Shown piece by piece: positions 8,691 through 18,208 of a stretch of 64,000 bases of DNA. The notes under the pieces were generated by a model. It saw nothing but the letters and a program-made list of their open reading frames with translations, was not told the origin of the DNA and did not search any database. Within the stretch, counting starts at the first letter, position 1. Every line of letters starts with the position of its first letter. Made by a program: the position numbers and the translations under genes. Source of the DNA: Bradymonadia bacterium (lineage in GTDB: Bacteria > Myxococcota_A > Bradymonadia > UBA7976 > UBA1532); assembly GCA_046290225.1 (NCBI GenBank), contig JBKAGE010000036.1, positions 32,001 to 96,000 on the forward strand, written 5' to 3'.

Positions 8691-9956
8691 ATGTACCCTT
8701 TGATCTGGCCCATCACTCTGATTCTCGCTCAACTCGGCGGCCCCCTCGGCAGTGACAAGGCCGATCCCAAGGCCCTCGAGGGCATGGCTCGGGAGGCCCT
8801 CGCCGATGTGGAGTTCATGCGTGGGCAGCAGCTGTCCGCGCCTTTGAAGATGGGGGTGAAGACCAAACCCGAGGTCACCAAGTTCATCCAGCGGCGTTTC
8901 AAAGAAGAGTATGGCCCCGCCTACATCGAGGCCGAGGGTCGCCTGCTCAAGATGTTGGGTTTGATGCCCGCCGACATGAAGTACGGCCAGTTCATGACCG
9001 AGCTGCTCACCGAGCAGGTGGCGGGCTTCTACGACCACACCCGCCAGGAACTGCACATCGCCGCGTGGCTACCGGCAATGATGCAGGGCCCGGTCATGGC
9101 CCACGAGATCTTCCACGCCATCCAAGATCAGGAATGGGGCGGCGGCAAACTCATCGACTCGAAGAAGTACAGCCATGACGCCGTGCTCGCCCACGCAGCC
9201 CTCCTCGAGGGGGACGCCACGGTAGTGATGTTCAACTACACCCAGTACGTCACCCAGAAACAGATGGGGGCTCAGAACGGCGAGTTGCCCGACATCAGCA
9301 CGTCCAAGTTCACCATCGCCACCATGGCCGCCGCCCTCGCTTCTCAGATGGGAGGGGCTGCCTATCCGGTCATGGCCCGGGCGCCCAAGTACATGAAGCA
9401 GAGTCTCATCTTCCCCTATCAGCAAGGGCTGCTCTTCGTCGCAGCGCTCCGACAGGCCGGTTGGGGCTGGGACAAGATCAAGGGGGTGTACGCCGATCCG
9501 CCGAGCTCTACGGAGCAGGTGCTGCACCCGGAGCGGTACCACGGCACTCGAGATCTGCCGAGTGACGTCACCCTTGAAGGCGATTTGCTCCCGGGCTTCA
9601 CCCGCGGATGGGACCACGTCGCTGGAGAGTTTCATTGGCGGGCCTGGCTTCAGAGCGGCCTCGACCAGGGCAAGGCCGAGGAGGGCGCCGCAGGCTGGGA
9701 TGGTGATCGCACGGTCCTGCTCATGAAGGGGGCCGACTCGGTCCTGGCCAGCGCTCAGATCTGGGACGCCCCGGAAGAGGCCGCCTCTTTCGTGAAGGCC
9801 GCTCAGGCGGTCCACGCCACGCGCAGCGGCAAGAAACCAGCCATGAAGATCGCGCAGCGCGGCGACAAGGTGTTCATGGTGCTCGCCCACGACAGCGCCC
9901 TCGCCGATCGCGCCATGACCGCCCTCGAGAAGCAGGCCCGCTTCACCAAACGCTGA
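8691..9956 (+). CDS. Secreted HExxH zinc metallopeptidase-like protein
   Basis: Start MYPLIW follows a GGAGG RBS. Motifs: AGFYD, HEIFHAIQDQ, EGDA, FPYQQG and PPSSTEQVLHPERY. The longer ORF extension overlaps nadC antisense. Confidence 0.8.
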   Translation: MYPLIWPITLILAQLGGPLGSDKADPKALEGMAREALADVEFMRGQQLSAPLKMGVKTKPEVTKFIQRRFKEEYGPAYIEAEGRLLKMLGLMPADMKYGQFMTELLTEQVAGFYDHTRQELHIAAWLPAMMQGPVMAHEIFHAIQDQEWGGGKLIDSKKYSHDAVLAHAALLEGDATVVMFNYTQYVTQKQMGAQNGELPDISTSKFTIATMAAALASQMGGAAYPVMARAPKYMKQSLIFPYQQGLLFVAALRQAGWGWDKIKGVYADPPSSTEQVLHPERYHGTRDLPSDVTLEGDLLPGFTRGWDHVAGEFHWRAWLQSGLDQGKAEEGAAGWDGDRTVLLMKGADSVLASAQIWDAPEEAASFVKAAQAVHATRSGKKPAMKIAQRGDKVFMVLAHDSALADRAMTALEKQARFTKR

Positions 9957-10034
9957 GGCCTGCCAGGGTGCCCGAGTCGGTCCCGACCCACCCACCCCCA
10001 ATGCTCTTGGGTCAAATCTGCCGATGTTTCCATC

Positions 10035-12299
10035 GTGAAGCCGGGAGATGCGCCCATGGCCATTGTGTTCAACAAACTCACCTGCACCTGGGCCTCGCTG
10101 CTGTGGGCAGGCCTCAGTCTGTCCTGGGCCTCGGCGGCCCCGGGGCCCGGTGAGATCCGGCTGTCGGGTGACCGCATCCGCCAGGTGAGCGCCTCCTCGG
10201 AGAGCGAGGTTCACGAGCGAAACCGACCGGTGTACCCCGCCGCCCACCTCACAGACGGCAGAGACTGGTCCGCCTGGGGGAGTACCCCCAGAGATCGTCT
10301 CGGCGCGTGGGTGGAGATCGGGTTCTCTCGTGTCGAGTACGTGAGCCGCCTGGTCTTCGTGCCTGGTGACGCTCGCAATCGCAGCAGCTTCGAAGGATGT
10401 GGCAGGCCAGCGAGGGTGCGTCTGAGCACCGACCAGGGCGAGCGCACTTTCGAACTGGGCGACAAACGCTGGCGCCAGGATCTCGAGATCTCGCCGCCCC
10501 TGGCCGGCCGTTCACTCCGTGTGACGGTGGAGCAGGTACATGGTCGCGGGCGCATCGCTGGGGTGTGTATCTCCGAGATGAAGCTCTATGTGCCTCGGGC
10601 CATCCTCGATGCGCTGCCTCTGCTCACACGACAAATCGAAGAGTCACTCAACGAGCTCGAAGCGGGCCACGAGCCCGAGGCAGCCCTCGCTCGGCTGAAG
10701 TCCATCGGCCGCCCGGCCCTGCCTGCCATGCTGCGACGTCTCGATCCCGATCTGCCTCAACGCACGGCATCGATGCTGGCGGCTCTGGCCGACCTCGGGG
10801 ATCCACAAGCGATCCCCTCGGTGACACAGGTGTTCGAAAGCTCTTCGCCCTACCTGCAGCAACACGCTTTGCTGGCCCTCGTGGCCCTCGGCAGCTCCGA
10901 TCATGTAGATGCACTGGTGCTCAGCTACGCGGGCTCGCAGAACCATGAAGCGCGTCGGGGCATGTTCTCGGCCCTCGCCCGCTCCGGTCACCCCAGAGCC
11001 CTGCCCATCGTACTTGAGGGTGCGCGCTCGGGCTCAGCCCCCATCAGGGCCCTGGCTGCGGCTCACCTCGGCCGCTTTGGTGCTGAGGCGATGCCCCATG
11101 TAAGCGCGCTGCGCAAGAGTCCGGATCCGCACCAGAGAGCAGTGGCCTATGCCGCTCTGGGTACCCTGGCCACTTCGCCGGACTGTACGCCCATCGGCGA
11201 CGGCCTCAATGACGAAGATGGCCTCGTCCGGGGTGCGGCCCTCACTGCCATGAGCCAATGTGATCCAGGGGGCAGCGTCGCTGAGCTCGAGGGGGCGGTG
11301 TACAGCCCCTTCAGTGATGTCCGCAGGGCCGCAGCAGAAGCCCTCGGTCGCCTCACGCCGCCTTCGGGGTTCGACGCGCTGCGCGATCAACTGCTCTTCG
11401 ACGAGACGCTGAGCGTGCGGCTGGCAGCCATCGCGGCCCTTGGCCAATATGGCCTCAAGGCTCAGAAAGATCTGCGACGCCTGGCACTCCAGAGCGGAGA
11501 CGAGGCAAGTGCCCTGGCTGCGGCAGAGGCGATGATCGCGCAGAAACCCTCGGGGATGGTGCTCACGGATCTCCTGAAGGCCTGGTACCCCGGCGTGCAC
11601 ACGCTCGCGTTGAAGGGGCTCAAGGACATGGGTGTCGATGGCCGCGCCGCACTGCTCGCTGTGGCCACTGGCCCCAATGACGTCGCCCGCAAGGCGGCCC
11701 TGAAGCACATCGATCTCGACACGCCCGGCACTGCCGAGGCTCTGTTGATGTATGCCCAGAGCGCGCCCCCACAGGCACTGCCCGACGTACTCGCCCGCCT
11801 CTCCAGCTCCAAGCGCCCCGAGGCCGCCTCGGTGGCCTTGCAGGTGCTCTCACACCCACAGCCTCCGGAGGTCAGGGCCGCTGCCATGCACGTCTTCGGG
11901 CAATGTGGCGATCCGCTTCAAATCACCCCAGCCCTCGTCAAAGGGGTGGCTGACACCTCCCCTGAGGTGCGGATCTCGGCGATCGAGAGCATCGGCGCCC
12001 GCAAACTCATCGGCGCCGCCGAAGTGCTCGAGGTGGCGCTGCTCGAGGTGTCCCCGAGGCCTCAGCGTGTGGCGATCCTTCAGGCCTTGGGTCGAATCGC
12101 CGCAGCCCGCAGCCTCGATCCACTCATCGAGGCCTATCACCGCACCTTCCAAGGTGGGCCATACGATCCGGGCTTCAGGGCCGAGGTGGTCGACGCCATT
12201 GGTAAAATCGGTGGTCGCGAGAGCCTTGACGTCCTCATCGATGCCGCTCTAGACCGGGAGCAGGTGGTTCGGGTGGCCGCCCTCAAGGGCCTGCAGTAA
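10035..12299 (+). CDS. Secreted discoidin/glycan-binding-like domain + HEAT repeat protein
   Basis: Signal peptide; 'LTDGRDWSAW...WVEIGF...CISEMKLY' discoidin-like domain; many VRRAAAEALG-type HEAT repeats. Confidence 0.8.
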   Translation: MKPGDAPMAIVFNKLTCTWASLLWAGLSLSWASAAPGPGEIRLSGDRIRQVSASSESEVHERNRPVYPAAHLTDGRDWSAWGSTPRDRLGAWVEIGFSRVEYVSRLVFVPGDARNRSSFEGCGRPARVRLSTDQGERTFELGDKRWRQDLEISPPLAGRSLRVTVEQVHGRGRIAGVCISEMKLYVPRAILDALPLLTRQIEESLNELEAGHEPEAALARLKSIGRPALPAMLRRLDPDLPQRTASMLAALADLGDPQAIPSVTQVFESSSPYLQQHALLALVALGSSDHVDALVLSYAGSQNHEARRGMFSALARSGHPRALPIVLEGARSGSAPIRALAAAHLGRFGAEAMPHVSALRKSPDPHQRAVAYAALGTLATSPDCTPIGDGLNDEDGLVRGAALTAMSQCDPGGSVAELEGAVYSPFSDVRRAAAEALGRLTPPSGFDALRDQLLFDETLSVRLAAIAALGQYGLKAQKDLRRLALQSGDEASALAAAEAMIAQKPSGMVLTDLLKAWYPGVHTLALKGLKDMGVDGRAALLAVATGPNDVARKAALKHIDLDTPGTAEALLMYAQSAPPQALPDVLARLSSSKRPEAASVALQVLSHPQPPEVRAAAMHVFGQCGDPLQITPALVKGVADTSPEVRISAIESIGARKLIGAAEVLEVALLEVSPRPQRVAILQALGRIAAARSLDPLIEAYHRTFQGGPYDPGFRAEVVDAIGKIGGRESLDVLIDAALDREQVVRVAALKGLQ

Positions 12300-12356
12300 T
12301 CATACTTCGTACGAAGCGGTCGACGTACGGCCGCCATTGCCCTACCCTCCCCAGCC

Positions 12357-13040
12357 ATGCTCTGGGCCATCGCCATCATCATTGGATACCTGCTCGGCGC
12401 GTTCCCTACGGGGGTACTCGTCGGTCGCCTCTCGGGCCTCGATCCCCGCACCAAGGGCAGCGGGAACATCGGCGCCTCCAACGTCACCCGAACGATGGGG
12501 TGGCGCCTGGGGGCTGCAGTGCTCGTCGTCGACGTGGCCAAGGGCGCCCTGGCCACGGCGTTGCCATTGTGGGTGGGCGGCGACATCGAGCATGCCGCCA
12601 CCGGGGGCTTCATGGCCGTCGTGGGCCACTGCTACCCGGTCTGGTTGAAGTTCAATGGCGGCAAGGGCGTGGCCACAGCGCTGGGGGCCATGCTCGTCGG
12701 CGCCCCTGTTGTCGCCCTCATCACCGCCCTCGTGTGGATCGCTGTGGTGTTCATCACCCGGATCCCCGCCCTGGGCAGCTTGCTCGGGGTGCTCATCTTC
12801 GCCCTGCTCACCCGCCACCCCAGCGTGGACTTCCCCGTGCACGTCATGGCCCTCGGGGTGGCGTTGATCATCGTGGTGCGCCACCGCAGCAACATCCGCG
12901 TGCTCGTCAAGCGGGCCCAGGGCAAGGCACCGCCACCCAAGCGCCGCCGCAATCCGCAACCTGGTGGCGGAGGCCGCACGTCGGGCAAGAAGGTGAACAA
13001 GCACAAGGGCCGCGGCCGGGGTCGTGGTCGTGGGCGCTGA
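12357..13040 (+). CDS. plsY: Glycerol-3-phosphate acyltransferase PlsY
   Basis: GYLLGAFPTG, GSGNIGASN, DVAKG, GHCYPVWLKFNGGKGVAT and RHRSNIR. Confidence 0.95.
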   Translation: MLWAIAIIIGYLLGAFPTGVLVGRLSGLDPRTKGSGNIGASNVTRTMGWRLGAAVLVVDVAKGALATALPLWVGGDIEHAATGGFMAVVGHCYPVWLKFNGGKGVATALGAMLVGAPVVALITALVWIAVVFITRIPALGSLLGVLIFALLTRHPSVDFPVHVMALGVALIIVVRHRSNIRVLVKRAQGKAPPPKRRRNPQPGGGGRTSGKKVNKHKGRGRGRGRGR

Positions 13041-13059
13041 GGCGTCCTGGTCCGAGGCG

Positions 13060-14154
13060 CTACAGCTGATCCTGATAGGCCAGTGAGAGGCCCAGCACCT
13101 GTCTGCTGAAGGGCTGATCAGAGGCGAAGGGTGAGAACCAGAAGCCCCCATGGGCCGAGATGCCCCATGGCCCGGTGATGGGGCGCAACACCCTGAAGGT
13201 CACCGAGGAGCGGTTCTCATCATCGAGCAACACAGTGGGGGCGCTGTTCTCCGCGCTCACGGCCACAGTGTTGTCGTACCGCACGTGCTGCACGCCCACC
13301 GCGAGGGAGGCGATGAGCGACCAGGGCAGGCTCGTGGTGCCGCTCAGCTCGAACCGATGCTGAACCAGCCCACCCCCGAACGAATTCGAAGCGTTGTCCA
13401 CCAGCGTGTACCGCACCTGACCCACAGAGTTGCCAACGTACTGCAGTTGAGCGCTCAGGGTGCTCAGGGTGTCTTGCCGACTCGAACCGGCCACGGCAGA
13501 GATCACGGGCACCCCACCCACAGTCTGCTCTCCCCTTAACCTGGGCCCTTCGAAGCGGCGGGTGAGGGCCGAGCCACTCAGGGCGAGCCGTACGCTTCCC
13601 CAGCGAGTGCTCAGGGCCCCCCGGCCGCCAAACCCTTCAGTGCTCTGGGCAGCATTGGGCTTGAAATAGAACCGCTCTACGGTCCCGCGGGTGACGAGCT
13701 GCCATGCGCCCCACCTGAAGCTGGGCCCGACCTCCGCTGAGGTCCGCAGGTAGTCTCGAGGCAGGAACGGATCGCGCGTGCTGCGATCGCGCAACGAGAC
13801 CGCGCCACCCACCGAGACAGCCCCCTTCGGGGTCAGACGGGTCCCCGCCCCCACGGTGAGGCGCTGCAACAACACGTCTTCCTCGGGTCGGTCGAAGAAC
13901 CTCTTCCCACCCCCTTGATACTGTCCGTAGATCGATGCGCCTGGGGCGAGCTTCTCCTGGCTCTGGAGCACGCCGATGACGCGGAGCAGGCCACTGGAAA
14001 TGGAATCGCCCTGGCCTTCTTCGATGCGGGTGACGTTGGTGTCGACGGCAGGGCCGCTCTCGAGACGCAAACGGCCCCGGGCCTCACCAGACAGAGGGTG
14101 CAGGCAGATCACCGCCAGACAGGTGAGCGAGAGCGCGGTGGGCGAGACGATCAC
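13060..14154 (-). CDS. Putative outer membrane beta-barrel protein
   Basis: Signal peptide, 'DTNV' near the N-terminus, amphipathic strands and C-terminal 'LGLSLAY'. Confidence 0.6.
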   Translation of the reverse strand: MIVSPTALSLTCLAVICLHPLSGEARGRLRLESGPAVDTNVTRIEEGQGDSISSGLLRVIGVLQSQEKLAPGASIYGQYQGGGKRFFDRPEEDVLLQRLTVGAGTRLTPKGAVSVGGAVSLRDRSTRDPFLPRDYLRTSAEVGPSFRWGAWQLVTRGTVERFYFKPNAAQSTEGFGGRGALSTRWGSVRLALSGSALTRRFEGPRLRGEQTVGGVPVISAVAGSSRQDTLSTLSAQLQYVGNSVGQVRYTLVDNASNSFGGGLVQHRFELSGTTSLPWSLIASLAVGVQHVRYDNTVAVSAENSAPTVLLDDENRSSVTFRVLRPITGPWGISAHGGFWFSPFASDQPFSRQVLGLSLAYQDQL

Positions 14155-14156
14155 CC

Positions 14157-15467
14157 TCAGGGAGCCCCCTCGATGGCATCGGCCTGGCGCTCCAGATCGG
14201 CGGTGCGGTCCTGAAGAGCCCTGGCGGTGCGCTTGAGAGCCCGGCGCTGCGACTCCATCTTCTCGATGTAGTCTGCGAGGGCCTCGGGAGAGAGGTCATC
14301 GACGTCGCCGATGAGCAGCTGGGGATCGAGGCCCTGAGAGAGCGATACCGCGCCACCTTCTGCGCTGTCGAAGCCCCCATTGACCACCACGCCCGTGGTG
14401 CCAGGATCCACGGGGGCAGGGTCGAAATCAGGATCTGCGCCCAAATCATCACCCGTCGGATCACCGGCGCCCTGCTGACCGAAGTCATTGCCACCTTCAC
14501 CCTGAGCGCCAGGCTCAGCAGGCGGAGGGGCCGCCTCGGCCTCGGGCTGGTCGAAGGCCTGATCTCCATCATTGGCTTCCATGGTGGGCGCTTCTTCGGC
14601 CCCACCCCCACCGACGTTGCGGCCATTCGTGTCGTCGCCGACGACAGGGCCCGGGTTGTCGCTGTCGCGCTGGCCTCGTGCTGGGCGAAGGCCCTGAGCA
14701 TCCACCGAGGCCACCCGTCGGTTGCGCTCGTCTTCACCGAAGAGGTTGGAGTCGGTGGCAAAGTCCTGGGCGGCCTGCAACACACGGCGCCGGTCCCGCA
14801 GGGCGCTCAAACGACTCTCCAACGCCTGCAAACGGCCCTGCACCCGCTCCTCGTGATCGCGGGTCTCGTCGGCGAGTTCTCGCAGCTCGTCGGGGCTGGC
14901 ATCTTCCGCACCGTTCAGGGCTGGCAGCTGGACAGCGGGCGACGCACTGGGGGTTGCAGAGGCCAGCACATCCCGGCGGGTCTCGATGAGCCCCTTGAGG
15001 GCCTCAAAATACTGACGCCGTTGCTCAGCGTTTGCGCCAGACATGGCACGCCTCAGGCTCGCGATCTCGCCTTCGACAGCCTCGACCAGGGCAGTGCGGG
15101 TCTGATCGACCACTGCGCGCCGCCGAGCCACCTCACGGTCGAGGACTTGCAGCTGCTCTCCCATGGCCTGGGCGGCCTTCAGCTTGCGATCGAGGGCGCC
15201 TCCACCGACACCGGGCAGCACCTCGACCCGGTTCGCCTTCGCCTCAGCGATCTCTGCGGCGAGGGACTCACTGCGTGTCGCCAGGGCGTCTCGGGCAGCC
15301 GTAGCCTCTTCGAGGGCCTGCTGCGCTGCCTGATGTGCTGAGCGTGCCGACGCCGTCGACGGCGCAGCGGCAGCGGACTGCACGAGCCCGTTGCTCAAAT
15401 CGCTGATGCTCAGGCCGCTGAGGCTCAGAGCAGTCGCGAGCACATATGGGAAGAGGCGTTTCATCAT
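14157..15467 (-). CDS. Secreted coiled-coil protein with acidic disordered linker
   Basis: Signal peptide, heptad-rich segments and a Pro/Asp/Gly-rich insert. It ends 2 nt before the beta-barrel gene. Confidence 0.7.
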   Translation of the reverse strand: MMKRLFPYVLATALSLSGLSISDLSNGLVQSAAAAPSTASARSAHQAAQQALEEATAARDALATRSESLAAEIAEAKANRVEVLPGVGGGALDRKLKAAQAMGEQLQVLDREVARRRAVVDQTRTALVEAVEGEIASLRRAMSGANAEQRRQYFEALKGLIETRRDVLASATPSASPAVQLPALNGAEDASPDELRELADETRDHEERVQGRLQALESRLSALRDRRRVLQAAQDFATDSNLFGEDERNRRVASVDAQGLRPARGQRDSDNPGPVVGDDTNGRNVGGGGAEEAPTMEANDGDQAFDQPEAEAAPPPAEPGAQGEGGNDFGQQGAGDPTGDDLGADPDFDPAPVDPGTTGVVVNGGFDSAEGGAVSLSQGLDPQLLIGDVDDLSPEALADYIEKMESQRRALKRTARALQDRTADLERQADAIEGAP

Positions 15468-15651
15468 CGGACAGCTAAAGCAGACTCCGTGCCAGACATG
15501 CGAGGGCTGCGCAAGCCCACAACTGTGTTGATGATGCCTGTGTCACCCGGGTTTTCATCAAAAAACTGAGCACCCGTCCACACGGCTTTTTGAAAATCTG
15601 GCGAGCCGGTACAGTGCCCCACGTCATCGGTGCTCTGCACGTGCAGGATCC

Positions 15652-16629
15652 TTGGCCGAAGGGGCGGCCCTTCGAGACCCATCGGGAGGGGTAGTTTTGG
15701 CCGACTTGGACATTCAGTTCACCCACGATCATCAAGAGGCCTGTCGTCTGCGAGATGCAGGCTACGAGCCCATCGAGTGCGCCTTCGGGCAATACGGCTC
15801 GGTGTTGGGTCCGCTGGCCCTCGATCATCACGGCACCGAGAGCCACCGTGAAGGCGTGGCGCTCAGGGCCTGCCGAGACCATCACGGCGCTCGAGCAGAC
15901 GATCCACGCTTCGTGGTCACCGGCACCCCAGATGCCGACGCCGTGCTCGCCATCGTTGCCCTCGCCGACCTGGTCCCCGAAGGGGCCATCAGCGATCAGT
16001 TCTATACCCTCGTCAATCAACACGACACTGATCCCATCGGTCATGATCTCATGTCCACTGAAGCGGGGCTGGCTCTGGCGTGGTTCAACCAGCGCCCCTC
16101 GATGTCTCAGTCGGCGAAGGGTTTTCGCAAAGCCGTGACCGACATGGTCCGGGTGCTCACCCAGGGCCTCGATGCCGAAGACGAGCGACACATCAGAGGT
16201 TCAGATCGCTCCCGCCGCCGACGGGCCATGGAGGGCATCGTCGCCCTGCTCGACGGCGACGGCTTCGACGTCACAGTGCCTGCCCGTGCTGAAGGCCTGC
16301 CCGTTCGCCGCGGAGACGAGCTGTTCGCCCACGACGGCATGGTGCTGGTGGTGAAGAGCACGGTGTGGGGCTTCGATCAGTGGTACCGCATGGCGCCGTT
16401 GGTGGTGAGCTTCGCCAGCCGACTGCACAAAGTCACTGTCGGCTGCCCCGACGTGGCCACCGCAGAGCGCCTGCTGGGCCCTGGAGGCCTCACCGCTGCA
16501 TGGAAGCTGCTCGGCAAGGGGTGGGGTGGCCGGGAAGCCATCGGTGGCAGCCCCCGTGGGGTTCAGCTCACCCTCGACGACGCCCGCGAGACCGCCCACC
16601 GCCTGTGCCCGCTGGTTGCGCGTCCGTGA
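15652..16629 (+). CDS. Hypothetical protein with DHH-phosphoesterase-like motifs
   Basis: LALDHHG, GTPDADA and C-terminal WGGREAIGGSPR; the start is uncertain. Confidence 0.55.
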   Translation: MAEGAALRDPSGGVVLADLDIQFTHDHQEACRLRDAGYEPIECAFGQYGSVLGPLALDHHGTESHREGVALRACRDHHGARADDPRFVVTGTPDADAVLAIVALADLVPEGAISDQFYTLVNQHDTDPIGHDLMSTEAGLALAWFNQRPSMSQSAKGFRKAVTDMVRVLTQGLDAEDERHIRGSDRSRRRRAMEGIVALLDGDGFDVTVPARAEGLPVRRGDELFAHDGMVLVVKSTVWGFDQWYRMAPLVVSFASRLHKVTVGCPDVATAERLLGPGGLTAAWKLLGKGWGGREAIGGSPRGVQLTLDDARETAHRLCPLVARP

Positions 16630-17443
16630 GAGGCGGCTTCTGCATGATGATCAGGTGATTGAACCCCCGCAGGAAGAAGTTCCCCTCTTCTGCAGCGCGG
16701 TGATAGTTCCCCATCTTGAGCGTCTTGTTGTGTCTCACCACGGCGATGTGGTCCACGGGGATGAAGTACTGCAACAGCAAGGCGAGGCAGCGGGTGCCGA
16801 TGGGCACGAAGCCATCTTTCTTGCTGTGGGTGTCGCAGATGTAGACCGCCATGTGACGGCCGGGGTGCAGCACTCGGTGGGTCTCGGCGAAGACCTCGTC
16901 GAGGGCCTCGAAGTAGGCCTCGTCGGTGGCCTTGATCCGGCCGATGCAGTTGGGCTTGTCGCTGTACTTGATGTTGTCGGAGTATGGCGGATCCATAAAG
17001 ACGAAGTGCGCCGTCTCGTCGTCGAGGGGCAGGGCCCGAGCGTCGGCCTCTTCGATGTCGCCGCGGAACGGGTTCACGTCGAAGCCCCGGCCCCGGCGCC
17101 GTAGATCTTTCGCCACGTCGAGGGTGGTGCCCGATCCACAGAACGGGTCGACGACGATCTCCCCCGCCTCGGTGTACCGCTGCAGCAGGTTCCAGATGAC
17201 GTACGACGGCGTCGCGCCGATGTAGCGCTGATCACCCTGCATACCCTCGCCATAGTGCTGGCTCGGGTAGTCCCACAACGTCGTGGTCTGGATCCTCAGC
17301 GGGGGCTTCTTGAAGGCCGGGCGTCGCTTGGGCGGGCCGCTCTGACCAGGCCCCTGCCCCCCCTGACGTCGCGGGCCCTTGCCGCCGCCCTGCCCCCGGC
17401 CGCGGTTCGGCCGCTGTGATCTCGGTGGACGCTCATCGCTCAT
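16568..17443 (-). CDS. Amino-(N6A/N4C)-type SAM-dependent DNA/RNA methyltransferase (orphan)
   Basis: Motif I VVDPFCGSGTT and motif IV FMDPPY. ATG at 17443 overlaps the LOG stop (ATGA). Confidence 0.85.
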   Translation of the reverse strand: MSDERPPRSQRPNRGRGQGGGKGPRRQGGQGPGQSGPPKRRPAFKKPPLRIQTTTLWDYPSQHYGEGMQGDQRYIGATPSYVIWNLLQRYTEAGEIVVDPFCGSGTTLDVAKDLRRRGRGFDVNPFRGDIEEADARALPLDDETAHFVFMDPPYSDNIKYSDKPNCIGRIKATDEAYFEALDEVFAETHRVLHPGRHMAVYICDTHSKKDGFVPIGTRCLALLLQYFIPVDHIAVVRHNKTLKMGNYHRAAEEGNFFLRGFNHLIIMQKPPLTDAQPAGTGGGRSRGRRRG

Positions 17444-18036
17444 GGGCGGCTGATCCACTTCTCGGTTTCGGGGATGGTCACCGTGGCCAGGCCCTGTACG
17501 AGGGCGCCGATCTCATCGGACACCACCATGAGATCACGGTGCATCGGCCGGATGAAGCCCTCATCCGAGGCGTGATGGATGAACTGCACCAGGCCGTCGT
17601 AGAAGCCCTTGAAGTTCAACATGCCCACAGGCTTGAGGTGATAGTTCAGCTGGGCCCAGGTGGTGACCTCGAAGATCTCCTCGAGCGTGCCCCAGCCACC
17701 GGGCAGCGCGATGAAGGCGTCAGAAAGCCGGGCCATCATCGCCTTGCGGGCGTGCATGCCCCGGACGACGTGCAGGTTGTTCCCGAGACCCTCGTGCCCC
17801 ACCTCGAGGTTGAGGATCTTCTCGGGGATCACCCCCTGTACCTCACCTCCGGCCTCGAGGGCGCCATCGGCCACGGCGCCCATGAGGCCTACCCGGCCGC
17901 CGCCGTAGACCAGCCCGATGCCGCTCTCGGCGAGCCACTTGCCCACGGAGCGGGCCATCTCGATGTACGCGGGATCGACATTGTTGCTCGATCCGCAGAA
18001 GACACAGATACGCTTGAAGATACGATGTTCACTCAT
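17440..18036 (-). CDS. LOG family phosphoribohydrolase (TIGR00730-type)
   Basis: ICVFCGSS, LVYGGGRVGLMG, MHARKAMM and PGGWGTLEE. Confidence 0.93.
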   Translation of the reverse strand: MSEHRIFKRICVFCGSSNNVDPAYIEMARSVGKWLAESGIGLVYGGGRVGLMGAVADGALEAGGEVQGVIPEKILNLEVGHEGLGNNLHVVRGMHARKAMMARLSDAFIALPGGWGTLEEIFEVTTWAQLNYHLKPVGMLNFKGFYDGLVQFIHHASDEGFIRPMHRDLMVVSDEIGALVQGLATVTIPETEKWISRP

Positions 18037-18208
18037 GGGACGAACCTAACGATCTGCCCCACGACGCACAAGGGCGTGGTGCATACAATACAGACAGAAC
18101 TTGTGCCTGCGTCGAGGCATCAGAGAATGGCCGACACGGTGTCGCGCACTCTGTACTCAGAGGTCCGCTGTCGTGTCGGGGCCTCGCAATCACCTGGAGA
18201 GATGTTCG

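Noticed and set aside
16568..17443. Methyltransferase as part of a restriction-modification or defence island
   Set aside because: No endonuclease, specificity subunit or mobile-element context; the neighbouring genes look like core genes.
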